A stretch of 64,000 bases of DNA from an uncultured Planctomycetota bacterium. Lineage in GTDB: Bacteria > Planctomycetota > Planctomycetia > Isosphaerales > Isosphaeraceae. Below the pieces are notes generated by a model. The model ran no database searches, was not told the origin of the DNA, and saw nothing but the letters and a program-made list of their open reading frames with translations. A program made the translations under genes and the position numbers. Numbering within the stretch: the first letter of the stretch is position 1; the number at the start of each line of letters is the position of its first letter. Positions 10,742 through 21,887 of the stretch are shown here, piece by piece. The stretch covers positions 6,208,001 through 6,272,000 of the forward strand of contig CAVTTN010000002.1 of the NCBI GenBank assembly GCA_963737655.1, written 5' to 3'.

Positions 10742-11347
10742 ATGTCCTTCCCCAACGCCTCGTCCTGGCTCGCCCTGCTGCTCGTCGCGACGGCCGCCGA
10801 CCGCTCGTGGGATTTCGAGTCCGACCCCCCCGGCGCGATCCCGAAAGGGTTCCGCGCCGAGGCCGGCTCGTGGGCCGTCGCGCAGGACGGATCGACCCGC
10901 GTCCTCTCCCAGACCGCCAAGAGCGATGATGACACGTTCAACCTCGCCCTCGTCCCCGACGCGAGCTTCGGAAACCTCGACCTGTCGGTGAAACTCAAGG
11001 CGATCTCGGGAGACGTCGATCGCGGAGGGGGGCTGGTCTGGCGGGCCAGGGACGCGAAGAATTATTATCTGTGCCGCTATAACCCCCTGGAAGAGAACCT
11101 GCGCGTTTACAAGGTGGTGAACGGCAAACGGACGATGTTCCGGGGGGTGAAGGTCGAGGAGGAAAGCCCGGGCTGGCACTCCCTGAGGATCGTCATGAGC
11201 GGCCCGACGATGGAATGCTCGCTCGACGGCCGGAAGCTCCTGGAAGTCCAGGACGCCACGTTCCCCGATCCCGGGATGATCGGCGTATGGTCCAAGGCCG
11301 ACGCCATCACCGAGTTCGACGACCTCCGGGCGGCGGAAAAACCGTAG
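10742..11347 (+). CDS. Secreted DUF1080/concanavalin-like domain protein
   Basis: Signal peptide, WDFE, GGGLVWR..D.KNYY..RYN, WHSLRI, GMIGVW...FDD. Confidence 0.7.
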   Translation: MSFPNASSWLALLLVATAADRSWDFESDPPGAIPKGFRAEAGSWAVAQDGSTRVLSQTAKSDDDTFNLALVPDASFGNLDLSVKLKAISGDVDRGGGLVWRARDAKNYYLCRYNPLEENLRVYKVVNGKRTMFRGVKVEEESPGWHSLRIVMSGPTMECSLDGRKLLEVQDATFPDPGMIGVWSKADAITEFDDLRAAEKP

Positions 11348-11502
11348 GGTGCATGCAATGCACCGTCATGTCGGGTGCATGAAATGCACCAACCCGCGGC
11401 GGCCAACGGCCGCCCTCCTTTTCTCGGTTCCTGGGCGATGAAATCGGCAGATGGCGGGCGGCCCCTGGGCCGCCGCGGGTTGGTGCATTGCATGCACCCT
11501 AC
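11344..11502. repeat. GTAG-type REP cluster (inverted pair plus extra hairpin)
   Basis: GTAGGGTGCATGCAATGCACC ... GGTGCATGAAATGCACCAACCCGCGGCGGCC ... GGCCGCCGCGGGTTGGTGCATTGCATGCACCCTAC. Confidence 0.9.
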
Positions 11503-14500
11503 AGGCCGTCCAACCCGTTCCGGATGGCGGGGACGTCCCAGAGCGTGACGATCCCGTCGGCCGCCCCGGAGAGGAGGGTTTGGCCGTCGGGGTGGAACTT
11601 CAGGGCGGTCACGGCGGCGGTGTGCGCTTCCCATCCGGCCAGCTCTTGGCCGGAAGACAGCTCCCAGAGCTTGACGATCCCGTCCTCGCCTCCCGAGGCG
11701 GCCGTCCGTCCATCCGGGGCGATGGCCAGGGCCAGGATCGGGCCGTCGTGCGCCTTCCAGGCGGCCGACGGATGACCCTCGTAACCCATCTCGACGAACT
11801 CCTCGGTCCCGTCGGGTTTCTTGAACCGAAGGGGCGGGAGCTTCGTCGCCTCGGGCACTCCCTCGACGGCCCCGACGCTCAGCCTCCCTTCCGAATCGCC
11901 GTAAACCAGCGTCCGGCCGTCGGGCCCGAGGGCGAAGGCTCGGATCGGAAAGCTCTGCCGGGTACTGGGCCCGAGCCAGACCGTGCTGGAGAACCGCCTC
12001 CGAGGGCGGCCCTCGGGTACCGTCGCGATCGCCAGGTCGCTCCCGGCGAGGAAAACGACGCGTTTGCCTCCGGGCGAGAAGGCGATCGGCCCCGAGAGGT
12101 TCGGGAACGCCTGGGGACGGCCGAGCGGGTCGCTCCGGGACGATGCCGAGCCTTTGGAGAACGTGACGATCTGGTCCGCCCGGGAAATCATCGTCGCCAG
12201 CCGTCCCGAGGCGAGGTCCCAGAGGGCGAGCCGTTCCCCCTTGCCGATGACTTGCTGGCCGTCGGTGGCCATCTCCTGCCAGAGGACCGCGGCGAGCGAG
12301 CCGTCGGGGGAGATCGCCGCGGCCCGGGCCCAGCCGTCCAGGCGGAGGCCGACGGTCCTCCCCGGCTCGGGCGCGACCCGGCGGAACTCGGTCGTCTCGA
12401 AGGTCTCCTTGACGGCCGCTCCCCGGAGGGCGAACCGGGCCGTCCAGACCTCGCCCGAGGGCAGCAGCGCCGCGAACTCGGCGTCATCCAGCCGGGAGAC
12501 GGGCCGGAGCGTCCTGGGGGCCGATCGGGGCTCGTCGGCCCAGAGCTCGTCACGGATCAGCCATCGGCCGCTCGCGGCGGTCTCCAGGGTCTTGACCGGC
12601 CCGTCGCTCCGGAAGGACGGCGCAGGGTCGGCGACCTCCCAGAGCTTCACCACGGCAATCTCCGAGCCGGTCGTCCGAACGGACCCGTCCGGCTCGGTCT
12701 CCGAATACGAGCCGGGGCCGATCGTGGCGAGCCTCCGGCCGTCTCCGCTCCAGGCCGGCATCTTCTGGTCGCGGAGGGTCGCGAGCTTCCGGCCGGTCGC
12801 GACTTCCCAGACGACCACGGCGTTCTGAACCCGGTCGCGATTCATCCGGGCATAAACGGCCAGGAAACGGCCGTCGGGCGACAGGGCGCCCCTCTGCTGG
12901 GTGTTGAAGTTCCCCTGGGGGGCCATCACGCCGCCGAGCCGGGCCAGGAGCGAGTTCCTCGCCGTGTCCCAGACCTGGACCTCGCCGGGGCCCGAGCCCG
13001 GGTCGAAGGCCAGGACCGGCCCCTCGGGCGCGAGGCTGATCCCGTAGGCGTAGGGCGTGACGTCATGCGTCTCGAACACCTGGCGGCCGGTCCGGGCATC
13101 GATCGAGAGGAGGTGCATCCCTTCCTGGAACCACTGATACAGCATCACGTTCGGGCCGATCGGCCGATCGCGGAGCACATGATATCCGGTGGGCATCGGG
13201 GTCGTGAACGTGTCCCGGCCGGTGGCGAGGTCCCAGCCCTTCAGGTCGCGGTCCTCGACGATCAGGGCCTCCTCGGCCCGAGGAAGCCGACGAAATCGCC
13301 CGACGGCCGGACCTGGTCGGCTCGGTCCTTCTTGACCCGGACGGCCCGGAGGCCGTGGAAGTTGTTCTCCGTGGTCAGGACCAGCCACGAGCCATCCGGG
13401 CCGAACTTCGGGCGGTCGAACCCGGGGTATTCGCCCAGGTTCCGGCCGGAAACGACGTCCCGGACCCGGATCGTCCGGCCTTCGGCGACGGCCTCGTAGG
13501 CGACGATCGAGGTGCCGGGGGCCAGGGCAGGCTCCTGGGCCGTCATCGCCGAGGCCGCGTCGAGGAACTGCCCGACCTCCTGGCCGTCCTCCGCCCGGAA
13601 GACGGCGAGAGTGTGCGCGTCCCTCGCCGGGTTGCCGACGCGCCAGCCCTCGACCAGCACGGACTTCTCGGGGAATCGTAACCGATAGACGTTGCCGAAG
13701 ACGATCTCGCGGACCAGCCGCACGCCGGGCGTCACCAGCGATTGCGCCGCCTCTCGCCGCAAGTCCATGCCCGGACGGATCTTGGCCGCTTCGATGACCG
13801 ATGCCCTCGCCGCCCACGGGTCGCCCAGGAGCCGGGCCGATTTCGCCCCGCTCAGGAGCGAATCGCGGAGCCTCTCGCGGGCCGCCGCCTTCTCGGTCTT
13901 CACCTCGCCCAGGGCCTTCGTGGTCAGGACGTAGCCGGTCGTCGAGGCCGCCGCCGTGGCGATCAGCAGCGAGGCGGCCGTCGCCCCGAGCGCGGCCATC
14001 GCCGGATTGCGCCGGCACCAGCGGACCGCCCGGCCCATCCGGCCCACCGGTCGCGCCAGGACCGGCCTGCCCTCGATCCATCGGGCCAGGTCGTCGGCCA
14101 GGCTTCGGGCCGAGGCGTATCGGCGTGTCGGGATCTTTTCCAGGCACTTCAGCGCGACGGTTTCCAGGTCTTTCGGCACGCTCGGGTTGAGCTGGCGAGG
14201 CGGGACGGCCTCGCGCTCCATGACCTGGAGGAGCGTCTCCATCGGCCCGGCGGCGTGGAACGGCGGGCGGCCGGTCAGCAGTTGATAGAGGATCGCCCCG
14301 AGGGAGTACACGTCGGCCGGAGGGCCGACGGGCTTGCCCGCGGCCTGTTCCGGGGGCATGAAGCTGGGCGTGCCCATGACCTGGCCGGTCGCCGTGAGGC
14401 CCGAGTCCTGACGGACGGTCTTGGCCAGGCCGAAGTCGGTCACTCGGGGGCGCCCCCGGGCGTCGATCAGGACGTTCGCGGGCTTCAAATCGCGGTGGAT

Positions 14501-15022
14501 CACGCCCCGATCGTGGGCGAACTGGACCGCCTCGGCGATCCTCCAGACGATCTCGGCGGCGCGTCCAGGCGGCAAGGGTCCGGCGGCGACCTCGTGGGCG
14601 AGGCTGGGGCCCTCGATGAAGGCCATGCTGAAATAATGCTGATTTTGATGCTCGCCGACCTCGAAGATCGGCACGATCCCGGGATGATCGAGCCCGGCGG
14701 CGGCCTCGGCCTCGCGGCGGAACCGGCGGACGTCCTCCTCGCCGGCCAGGGCCCCGCTGAGGATCATCTTGAGTGCGACCGGGCGGTTCAGGGAGGTCTG
14801 GCGGGCCTCGTAGACGATCCCCATCCCCCCTCGGGCGACCTCGCGGACGATCTCGTAATCGCCGAAATAGCGGATCGGGCCGAAGTTCGGCGACTCCGAG
14901 ACGTTCGGGGCCGGCCCGGCCGTCGTTTCCAGGGCCATCCTCATCAGGCACGCCGGGCAGAGGGCGTCGTCGCCGAGGGCGGAGCCGCAATCGGGACAGT
15001 CGGGACGGGTCGGGTCGGTCAT
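11499..15022 (-). CDS. Ser/Thr protein kinase with C-terminal WD40 repeats; frameshift near 13277
   Basis: N-terminal CPDC..CPAC, GGMG, VALK, HRDLKPAN, DFGLA, GTPSFMPPEQ, TM helix. WD40 repeats (AHDGPILALA..DG..SGGEDG.VKLW) in the 11499 frame. Confidence 0.88.
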
Positions 15023-15109
15023 GTTCGGCAGGCTCCGCGAGGAGGGTTCGACACCTCTCAGACGGAAACCGATCCGGAGCTTACCGAGTTTTCCCGATCC
15101 AGACGCCCG

Positions 15110-15670
15110 TCATCCGAACAGGGAGTCCACCGCGACCCGCCAGCCCGGGACGGCCGGCTCGGCGTGGGCCTGGTCGCCTCGATGGAAGACCTCGGGCGAA
15201 TCCGGCGAGTCGGCCCGATACGAGCGGATCGTCTCGGATTCGGGGTCCACGTCCCAGACGACGAGCGTCCCGGCCTCGAAGTAGTCGGCCCTCTTGGCAG
15301 CCATCGCCCGATCGGCGGCGGGGCCGTAATCCCCTTCGCTGCGGACCTCGGCGGCGAAGTCCAGGGCGCCTTCGACGAACCGCATCGGGTTCGAGGGCGG
15401 CGGGCCGGAGAAGAAGGCGGCATCCGGCGCGAAGGACTGCCGACCGGAGGACAACCGCGGCACGGCGAAGCCCATGTTGTCGGTATAGGCCGTCCCCTGT
15501 CCGACGGCGCGGGCGTGCAGCTTCAAGGAAAAAAAGATCTCACCGGCCACGAGGTTCGGTCGATGTCCGGTCGGCATGAAAGGGACGATCCTGCCGTCGA
15601 TCAGCTCGGCCTTGCCCGGGACCCGCAACAGGTCGTCCAGGGTCATTTCCTTCGAGGGGGCGAGGCTCAT
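15110..15670 (-). CDS. Uma2/DUF820 family endonuclease-like protein
   Basis: ELIDG, SFAPDAAF, FAAEVRS, KRADYFEAGTLVVWDVDP. Confidence 0.88.
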   Translation of the reverse strand: MSLAPSKEMTLDDLLRVPGKAELIDGRIVPFMPTGHRPNLVAGEIFFSLKLHARAVGQGTAYTDNMGFAVPRLSSGRQSFAPDAAFFSGPPPSNPMRFVEGALDFAAEVRSEGDYGPAADRAMAAKRADYFEAGTLVVWDVDPESETIRSYRADSPDSPEVFHRGDQAHAEPAVPGWRVAVDSLFG

Positions 15671-15686
15671 CGGCTCGGTCCTCCGC

Positions 15687-17207
15687 TCAGCGACGCTCGG
15701 GCACGTTCACGCCATCCTTCGCCATGCCTCGTCGTATGGTCTCGGCGACCTGGGCGGGGCCGTAGCCGTGTTCGACCATCAGGCAGGGGACCTCGAATTG
15801 CTCGCATAAGGGGCGGAGCCGTTCGGGGACGTGGTGCCCGATGAAGCTCTTGAGGATCAGGACCAGGTCCATCCCCCGGTTGCGGACCCGCTGTTCCAGC
15901 GATTCGAGGAACGCCGGTCGGGTGCCCTCGTAGCTCTCCCAGTCGAGTTCGTCGAACTGGAAGACCCGTTCGAGGGTCCGCCTCATGTCCTCTCGGGCCG
16001 ATCCGCCGATCATGAGGACTTTCTTCCCCTTGGTCGTGGCGATCAGGTCGGCGAACTGCTCCTGGAGCGATTCGTCGGACTTGTCCTCCTCCTGCCTGGC
16101 GCGGTCCAGGTGCTTGCGGATGGCGCGGAACTCGGCGCCGGTCAGGAGGTCGGAATAGGGGCGGACCAGCTCGATCAGGCCGAGGTCCGAGGCGCCGAGG
16201 CTGGCGATGACCCGGGCCAGGGCGGCCTGGAATTCCTCGGCGCCCTCCTCCGGGAGGTGATAGCGGGCGATCACGGCCCGGAGTTCCTCCAGGGCGGACT
16301 GGCCGGTCTCCTTGGCGAGCTTCTGCTTCTCATAGTCGCGAGCTTGCTGCTCCCGCCGGCGTTGCTCGACGTCCTTGTTCCTCCGGGCGAGTTCGGCGGC
16401 CTGGCGGAGCTGGTCCTCGGCGTCGGCGACGTAGGCGTCCCAGTCGGTGTTGAATCCCTGGCGGAACGCCTCGATATAGCCCGGCTCATACTGCTTGGAG
16501 ATGCCCACCAGGCGGGGGAAGAGGCGGGTCAGCAAGGCCCGGTCTTCCTCGGAGACATCGGGTAATTCCTGGGCCTGGAGCCGGCGATAGCGGCCGATCC
16601 AGATCGTTAACTGGGCGAGCTGCTCGCGGTTATCGAGCATGCCGAAATGGTTGGTGGCGTCGTCGATCTCGCGGGCCAGGGCATGGATCTGGCCGGCGGG
16701 CAGGAGCATCTCGGCGGAGCGGGCCAGGCGGTCGTCGGCGGAGAAGTCGCCGGCGAGCTGGGGCTGCAAGCGGTCGAGTTCCTTGCGGACGTTCTGATAG
16801 TGCTCCATCGCCGCCTGCAAGCCCCGGCGGGCCTCGGCAGCCTGTCGGGTGATGGTTTCGAGCTCGGCGAGGGAGGTGCGGCGCTTGAGGTCGATCTCGG
16901 CGCGGCTGGCGGCGATCTCGGCCTCGAACTTGCGGGCGTCGTCCGGGCTCACGCCCGAGGCGGAAATCAGCTGGGCTACCTTCCGGGTCAGCTCCTTGAG
17001 GTTCTTCTCATCGACGTCGGCCTCGTCCAGGGCTTTTTGGCGGACGGGCCGTTCGTCGTGGAGCCGCTTCTCAGCGACCCGGGCGCGCTCCTCGGCGGCG
17101 CGGAGGGTCTCCGCGGCCTGGCGGGTCTCGACGCCGAGCTTTTGGGCCCGCGTCTTCGCCTCGGCCTGGCGGACCATCTCGGAAAGGCGTTCGAGTGAAG
17201 GGGTCAT
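15687..17207 (-). CDS. Coiled-coil protein with C-terminal DUF2325-like domain
   Basis: Long E/R/A/Q-rich heptad region; C-terminal KVLMIGG...DLVLILKSFIGH...VPC. Confidence 0.65.
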   Translation of the reverse strand: MTPSLERLSEMVRQAEAKTRAQKLGVETRQAAETLRAAEERARVAEKRLHDERPVRQKALDEADVDEKNLKELTRKVAQLISASGVSPDDARKFEAEIAASRAEIDLKRRTSLAELETITRQAAEARRGLQAAMEHYQNVRKELDRLQPQLAGDFSADDRLARSAEMLLPAGQIHALAREIDDATNHFGMLDNREQLAQLTIWIGRYRRLQAQELPDVSEEDRALLTRLFPRLVGISKQYEPGYIEAFRQGFNTDWDAYVADAEDQLRQAAELARRNKDVEQRRREQQARDYEKQKLAKETGQSALEELRAVIARYHLPEEGAEEFQAALARVIASLGASDLGLIELVRPYSDLLTGAEFRAIRKHLDRARQEEDKSDESLQEQFADLIATTKGKKVLMIGGSAREDMRRTLERVFQFDELDWESYEGTRPAFLESLEQRVRNRGMDLVLILKSFIGHHVPERLRPLCEQFEVPCLMVEHGYGPAQVAETIRRGMAKDGVNVPERR

Positions 17208-17607
17208 GACGGGTCTCGTTCACGGTCACAAGGCGCGGGGACTCGGGGCGCGAAGACGCCGGTGTGGGCTCGTCGTGGCGGGCCGCCGGAGCGGGCGCGG
17301 CCCGCGGGGCGGGTCGCGCGACCCCTCGACTTTAGCCCGATCGCCGCCACGAAGCAACCCGGACCCATCGGTCCGGCGCCGGGACGAGCCGAACGGCGCA
17401 TCCGGTCATCATCGAGCCCCGGCGGGCCGTAATCCAGCGTCTGGTGGGCCCTTAGGTTCGCCGGATGAACACATCGAAGCCCCTTCGCCCGCGGACCCCG
17501 CCGGCCCCTTGCGAAGGCCCGACCGCCCGGCTACCGTTCGGGGGTGGCGGCCAGGGCCGCCCGGCCCTCCTTCCCGCCCCGCTCCCTTTCCCGGAGAGAA
17601 TGACGCG

Positions 17608-18165
17608 ATGAGAACCAAGAGCGTTTCGATCGCCGCGGCCCTCGGGGTCGTCGCCCTGGCCGCCGCCGTCTCCTCGGCCCAGAAACCGGCCGAACACGCC
17701 GAGGCCGCCCCCATCACCCGCGCCATCGCCGTCCTCCACGCCACCAAGTCCGGCGGCGACGCCTCGGGCACCGTCACCTTCACCAAGGTCGAGGGCGGCG
17801 TCCGGGTCGAGGCCAAGATCACCGGACTGACCCCCGGCCCTCACGGCTTCCACATCCACGAGTTCGGCGACTGCTCCTCCCCCGACGCCATGAGCACCGG
17901 CGGGCACTTCAACCCCAAGGGCAACCCCCACGGCGCCCTCGGCGCCAAGAGGCACGTCGGCGACCTCGGCAACATCGAGGCCGACGCCAAGGGCGTCGCC
18001 ACCTACGACAAGATCGACAGCGAACTCATGTTCCACGGCGAGAGCTCGATCCTCGGCCGGGGCCTGATCGTCCACGAGAAGGCCGACGACCTCAAAACCC
18101 AGCCCACCGGCAACGCCGGAGGCCGCGTCGCCTGCGGAGTCATCGGCGTGGCCAAGGCCAAGTGA
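17608..18165 (+). CDS. sodC: Periplasmic Cu/Zn superoxide dismutase
   Basis: Signal peptide, HGFHIHEFGDC, GGHFNP, HVGDLGNI, GNAGGRVACGVI. Confidence 0.95.
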   Translation: MRTKSVSIAAALGVVALAAAVSSAQKPAEHAEAAPITRAIAVLHATKSGGDASGTVTFTKVEGGVRVEAKITGLTPGPHGFHIHEFGDCSSPDAMSTGGHFNPKGNPHGALGAKRHVGDLGNIEADAKGVATYDKIDSELMFHGESSILGRGLIVHEKADDLKTQPTGNAGGRVACGVIGVAKAK

Positions 18166-18275
18166 TCGCCCTCGCCTCACCGCCCGGCTCATCAGTGCTG
18201 AGTGCTGAGCGGATGGCACGTTGGACCATCGACCCTCTGTGAAGGGGCGCTGTCTCCAGAACAGAGGGTCGTCGC

Positions 18276-18357
18276 CTGCCCACTGCCCACTGCCCACTGC
18301 CCACTGCCCACTGCCCACTGCCCACTGCCCACTGCCCACTGCCCACTGCCCACTGCC
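18276..18357. repeat. Heptamer tandem repeat (CACTGCC)x11 plus a partial unit
   Basis: Eleven perfect units at 18281-18357. Confidence 0.97.
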
Positions 18358-18438
18358 GCCGTTGACATCTCCCGAACGGCTTGCATACGATGAAGGCGAG
18401 TCCTGCCGAATCCTTATGCACTGTTCGGAGATGCAGCG

Positions 18439-19833
18439 GTGGCCGGCAAGCCGTGGGCTGGGCGATTCTCGGGTGGGACCGACCGCCGGGTCGAGCAATT
18501 CACCGAATCGATCTCCTTTGATCGTCGTCTTTTCGAGAACGACATCCGGGGGTCCATCGCCCATGCGCGGATGCTCCGGCACGTCGGTCTCCTCTCGGCC
18601 GATGAGTGCGAGCGAATCGAGCAGGGACTGATCGAAATCCGGGCCGAGATCGAGGCCGGCTCCTTCCCCTTCGTCCTGGAGCGGGAAGATATCCACATGC
18701 ACGTCGAGGCCGCCCTGATCGACCGCCTCGGCGACGTCGGCCGGAAGCTCCACACCGCCCGCAGCCGCAACGATCAGGTCGCGCTCGATTCGCGATTGTG
18801 GATTCGCGACGGCCTCGACCGGATCAGCAGCCTTCTGAAGGACTTGCAACGGGCCTTCGTCGCCGCGGCCGAGCGTCATGACGAGCTGATCCTCCCCGGC
18901 TACACCCATCTTCAACGGGCCCAGCCGGTCCTCGCCCCCCATTATTTCCTCGCCTATGTCGAGAAGCTCCAGAGGGACCGCTCGCGGGTCGCCGACTGCC
19001 GGAAGCGGCTGAACGTCCTGCCCCTGGGGGCCGCCGCCCTGGCCGGGACGACCCTGCCCATCGATCGGGCATTCGTGGCCCGCGAGCTCGGGTTCGACGG
19101 CGTGGCCGCCAACAGCATGGACGTTTCCAGCGACCGCGATTTCGCCATTGAAAGCGTCTTCGTCCTCGCGATGATCGCCGAGCACCTCTCCGGGTGGGCC
19201 GAGGAGTGGGTCCTCTGGAGCACCCAGGAATTCTCGTTCCTGAGCCTGCCCGACTCGGTTTGTACCGGGTCGAGCATCATGCCCCAGAAGAAGAACCCCG
19301 ACGTCTGCGAGCTGATCCGGGGGCGGTGCGCCCGGGTCGTCGGCTCGCTCATGACCTTGCTCGTGCTCGTCAAGGGCCTGCCCCTGGCCTATAATCGCGA
19401 TTTGCAGGAAGACAAGGAACCCGTCTTCGACGCCTTCGACACCGTCTCGGCCTCCCTGGAGCTGGCGGCGGTGGTCGTCTCGGGGGCGACGCTCCGGGCC
19501 GACCGGATCGGGAGCCGGCTCGACGAGGGCTTCCTGGATGCCACGACGTTGATGGAATACCTGATCGCCAAGGGGGTTCCGCAGCGGACGGGGCACGAGG
19601 TCGTCGGCAAGCTCGTGGCCTTCTGCGAGAAAAACGGGGCCCGGTTGGCCGACCTGACGACCGAGGACTTCGCGGCGGCCTCCCCGGCGATCGGCCCCGA
19701 CGTGAGCGAGTGGCTCGGGGTCGCCAACGCGGTCCGCGCCTTCCGCTCCGAGGGTTCGACCGCCCCGAGCGAGGTCGCCCACCAACTCCAAGCCTGGAAA
19801 ACCCGGCTGATGGGCGAGGAGGAAGCGCCATGA
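18439..19833 (+). CDS. argH: Argininosuccinate lyase
   Basis: [52 protein letters not shown]. Confidence 0.97.
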   Translation: MAGKPWAGRFSGGTDRRVEQFTESISFDRRLFENDIRGSIAHARMLRHVGLLSADECERIEQGLIEIRAEIEAGSFPFVLEREDIHMHVEAALIDRLGDVGRKLHTARSRNDQVALDSRLWIRDGLDRISSLLKDLQRAFVAAAERHDELILPGYTHLQRAQPVLAPHYFLAYVEKLQRDRSRVADCRKRLNVLPLGAAALAGTTLPIDRAFVARELGFDGVAANSMDVSSDRDFAIESVFVLAMIAEHLSGWAEEWVLWSTQEFSFLSLPDSVCTGSSIMPQKKNPDVCELIRGRCARVVGSLMTLLVLVKGLPLAYNRDLQEDKEPVFDAFDTVSASLELAAVVVSGATLRADRIGSRLDEGFLDATTLMEYLIAKGVPQRTGHEVVGKLVAFCEKNGARLADLTTEDFAAASPAIGPDVSEWLGVANAVRAFRSEGSTAPSEVAHQLQAWKTRLMGEEEAP

Positions 19834-20936
19834 ACCGTCGCGATTGGATGCGATCCGGCCTGATCGCCCCCGGAATCGCGGCCCTCGGCCCGATCGGGGG
19901 GCGTGCGGCCGACGATCCGCCTCCGTCGAAGGCCCGCCGCCGAGGAGTCACGCTCGCCGGAGCCGAGTTCGGGGTCCGCGAGGATTTTTCCAACGAATCC
20001 CCCGGCGTCTTCGGCCGTGATTACACCTATTTTGGCGAAAAAACGGTCGAGTATTTCGTCTCCAGGGGGATCAGGGACTTCCGCATCCCGTTCCGCTGGG
20101 AGCGCATCCAGCCGAAGCTGAATGAGCCGCTGGACGGGGCGGAACTCGGGCGGCTGACGGAGGCGGTGGCCCGGATCAAGAAGGCCGGAGGGTCCGCGAT
20201 CCTCGACCCCCACAACTTCGCTCGCTACCGGACGGTGATCGGCGGGAAGCCGACCGACGTGGTGATCGATGAGAAAGTGGGCGACGCGGTGCCGGTGCCT
20301 CGCGAGCGGTTCGCGGACCTCTGGAGGAGGCTGGCCGAGGCGTTTTCGGGAGAGCCGGCGGTCCGGGCGTTCGCCCTGATGAACGAGACCCACGACCTGA
20401 AAGGCTCGGACTGGAAGGGGATCTCGCAAGCGGCCGTCGATGCGATCCGCCGGTCCGGGGACCGCCGGGCGGTGATCGTCCCGGGCGAGAGCTGGTCGTC
20501 GGCCCGCCGGTTTCTTGAGTCCAACGGCCCGACGGCGTGGATCAAGGACCCGGCCGACAATGTCTTCTACGAGGCCCACTCCTACTGGGACTCCGACGAG
20601 AGCGGCACCTACAAGCTGAGCTATGACGAGGAGTTGCGTCGCGACAAAAGCCTCGAAAACCGGGGGGTTCGGCACCTGATGGCGTTCGCCGGCTGGTGCG
20701 CCGTGAACGGGGTCCGCGGCTTCGTCGGCGAGTTCGGCGTCCCCAACGACGACCCGCGATGGCTCGCGGTGATGGCCCGGTTCCTCGAAGGTCTCGACCG
20801 CACCGGGATGGAAGGCTGCTACTGGGCGGCCGGCGAATGGTGGGGAAAGGACCGGCTCTCGATCCAGCCCCGCGACGGGTTCCGAACCGATGCGGTGCAG
20901 CTTGGCGTCTTGACCGGAGTGAAGGGACGAGCGTGA
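19830..20936 (+). CDS. Tat-exported glycoside hydrolase family 5 (endoglucanase-like)
   Basis: MNRRDW Tat motif, [21 protein letters not shown], acid/base MNE, YEAHSY, nucleophile VGEFG, YWAAG. Confidence 0.9.
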   Translation: MNRRDWMRSGLIAPGIAALGPIGGRAADDPPPSKARRRGVTLAGAEFGVREDFSNESPGVFGRDYTYFGEKTVEYFVSRGIRDFRIPFRWERIQPKLNEPLDGAELGRLTEAVARIKKAGGSAILDPHNFARYRTVIGGKPTDVVIDEKVGDAVPVPRERFADLWRRLAEAFSGEPAVRAFALMNETHDLKGSDWKGISQAAVDAIRRSGDRRAVIVPGESWSSARRFLESNGPTAWIKDPADNVFYEAHSYWDSDESGTYKLSYDEELRRDKSLENRGVRHLMAFAGWCAVNGVRGFVGEFGVPNDDPRWLAVMARFLEGLDRTGMEGCYWAAGEWWGKDRLSIQPRDGFRTDAVQLGVLTGVKGRA

Positions 20937-21143
20937 GCCCTCGCGGGGAGATGTCGTCCCGCGAAACGATCCCGGAGACTTCATGATGCCCCCGACCGAC
21001 CGCCCGACGCCCCGGACTGGCGAGCCGCCCTGAGGGGAGGGCAAGGCCCGTGGAAGGATCGGACCGACCTGCCCTCCCGGGACGAGCTGCGCGAGGAGTC
21101 CAACCGTTTACCGAGACCCGAGGAACCGTCCGGAGTCCCAGCC

Positions 21144-21377
21144 ATGGTCACGACCTCCATCCAACGGACCGAGAGCGAAGACGCGGCGCTCCGATCGCTC
21201 GCTCAGAGCATGGGGAAATCGCCCGAGGACCTGCTTCGCCAAGGATTGGAGATGCTGGCCGAGAAGCATCGGCTCGAAGAGGGGCGGCAGGCGATGCTGA
21301 GCGCCTTCGGAGGCTGGCAGGACCGTGAAGACGTCTCCGAGTTCGCGGAGATCCGGGCGGAACTGGATCGCGATTGA
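21144..21377 (+). CDS. VapB-like antitoxin (RHH/CopG-like)
   Basis: 77 aa upstream of a PIN toxin; L..LA...GKS..DLLR helix pattern and AFGGW.DR. Confidence 0.7.
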   Translation: MVTTSIQRTESEDAALRSLAQSMGKSPEDLLRQGLEMLAEKHRLEEGRQAMLSAFGGWQDREDVSEFAEIRAELDRD

Positions 21378-21393
21378 GCCGGGAGAGGCCATC

Positions 21394-21777
21394 ATGCGGG
21401 GTCCGTATGTTGTGGATACCGATGTCGCGATCGATTACCTCCGCGGTCATCCCCAGGCCGGCGCGTTCTTCCGGGGGATTGGCCCATTCTTGATGAGCGT
21501 GGTCACGGTGGCGGAACTCGATGGAGGGGTCCGGGAAGGGCGGGAGCGTGTGGTTCTCGAGGGTTTCTTGAAGGGCGTCACGGTCGTGCCCCTGGATCTG
21601 GTCATCGCGATCCGAGGGGGGTTGATTCGTCGCGATTATCGGAAGAGCCACGGCGTTGGGCTGTCCGATGCCCTGGTCGCCGCGACCGCGGAAACCCTCT
21701 CGGCGACCGTGGTTACCCTGAATCGGAAGCACTTCCCGGCAACCTCGCTCTTGTTGGTTCCCTACACGAAACCTTGA
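21394..21777 (+). CDS. vapC: VapC PIN-domain toxin
   Basis: VVDTDVAIDYLRG, SVVTVAEL, DALVAATA, TLNRKHF. Confidence 0.9.
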   Translation: MRGPYVVDTDVAIDYLRGHPQAGAFFRGIGPFLMSVVTVAELDGGVREGRERVVLEGFLKGVTVVPLDLVIAIRGGLIRRDYRKSHGVGLSDALVAATAETLSATVVTLNRKHFPATSLLLVPYTKP

Positions 21778-21887
21778 CTGATCGAGTTTCGTTTCCTTGA
21801 TGGCGCCCCCCGGCGGCCCCGCAATCGCCGAGGGAATGCCCGTCGGGCCCGGCTTCTCGGCCCTCGCCTCGTGGATGGAATCGCTTC

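Noticed and set aside
18140..18421. Short ORFs with QWAVGSG or AHCPLPT repeats
   Set aside because: Translations of the heptamer DNA repeat.
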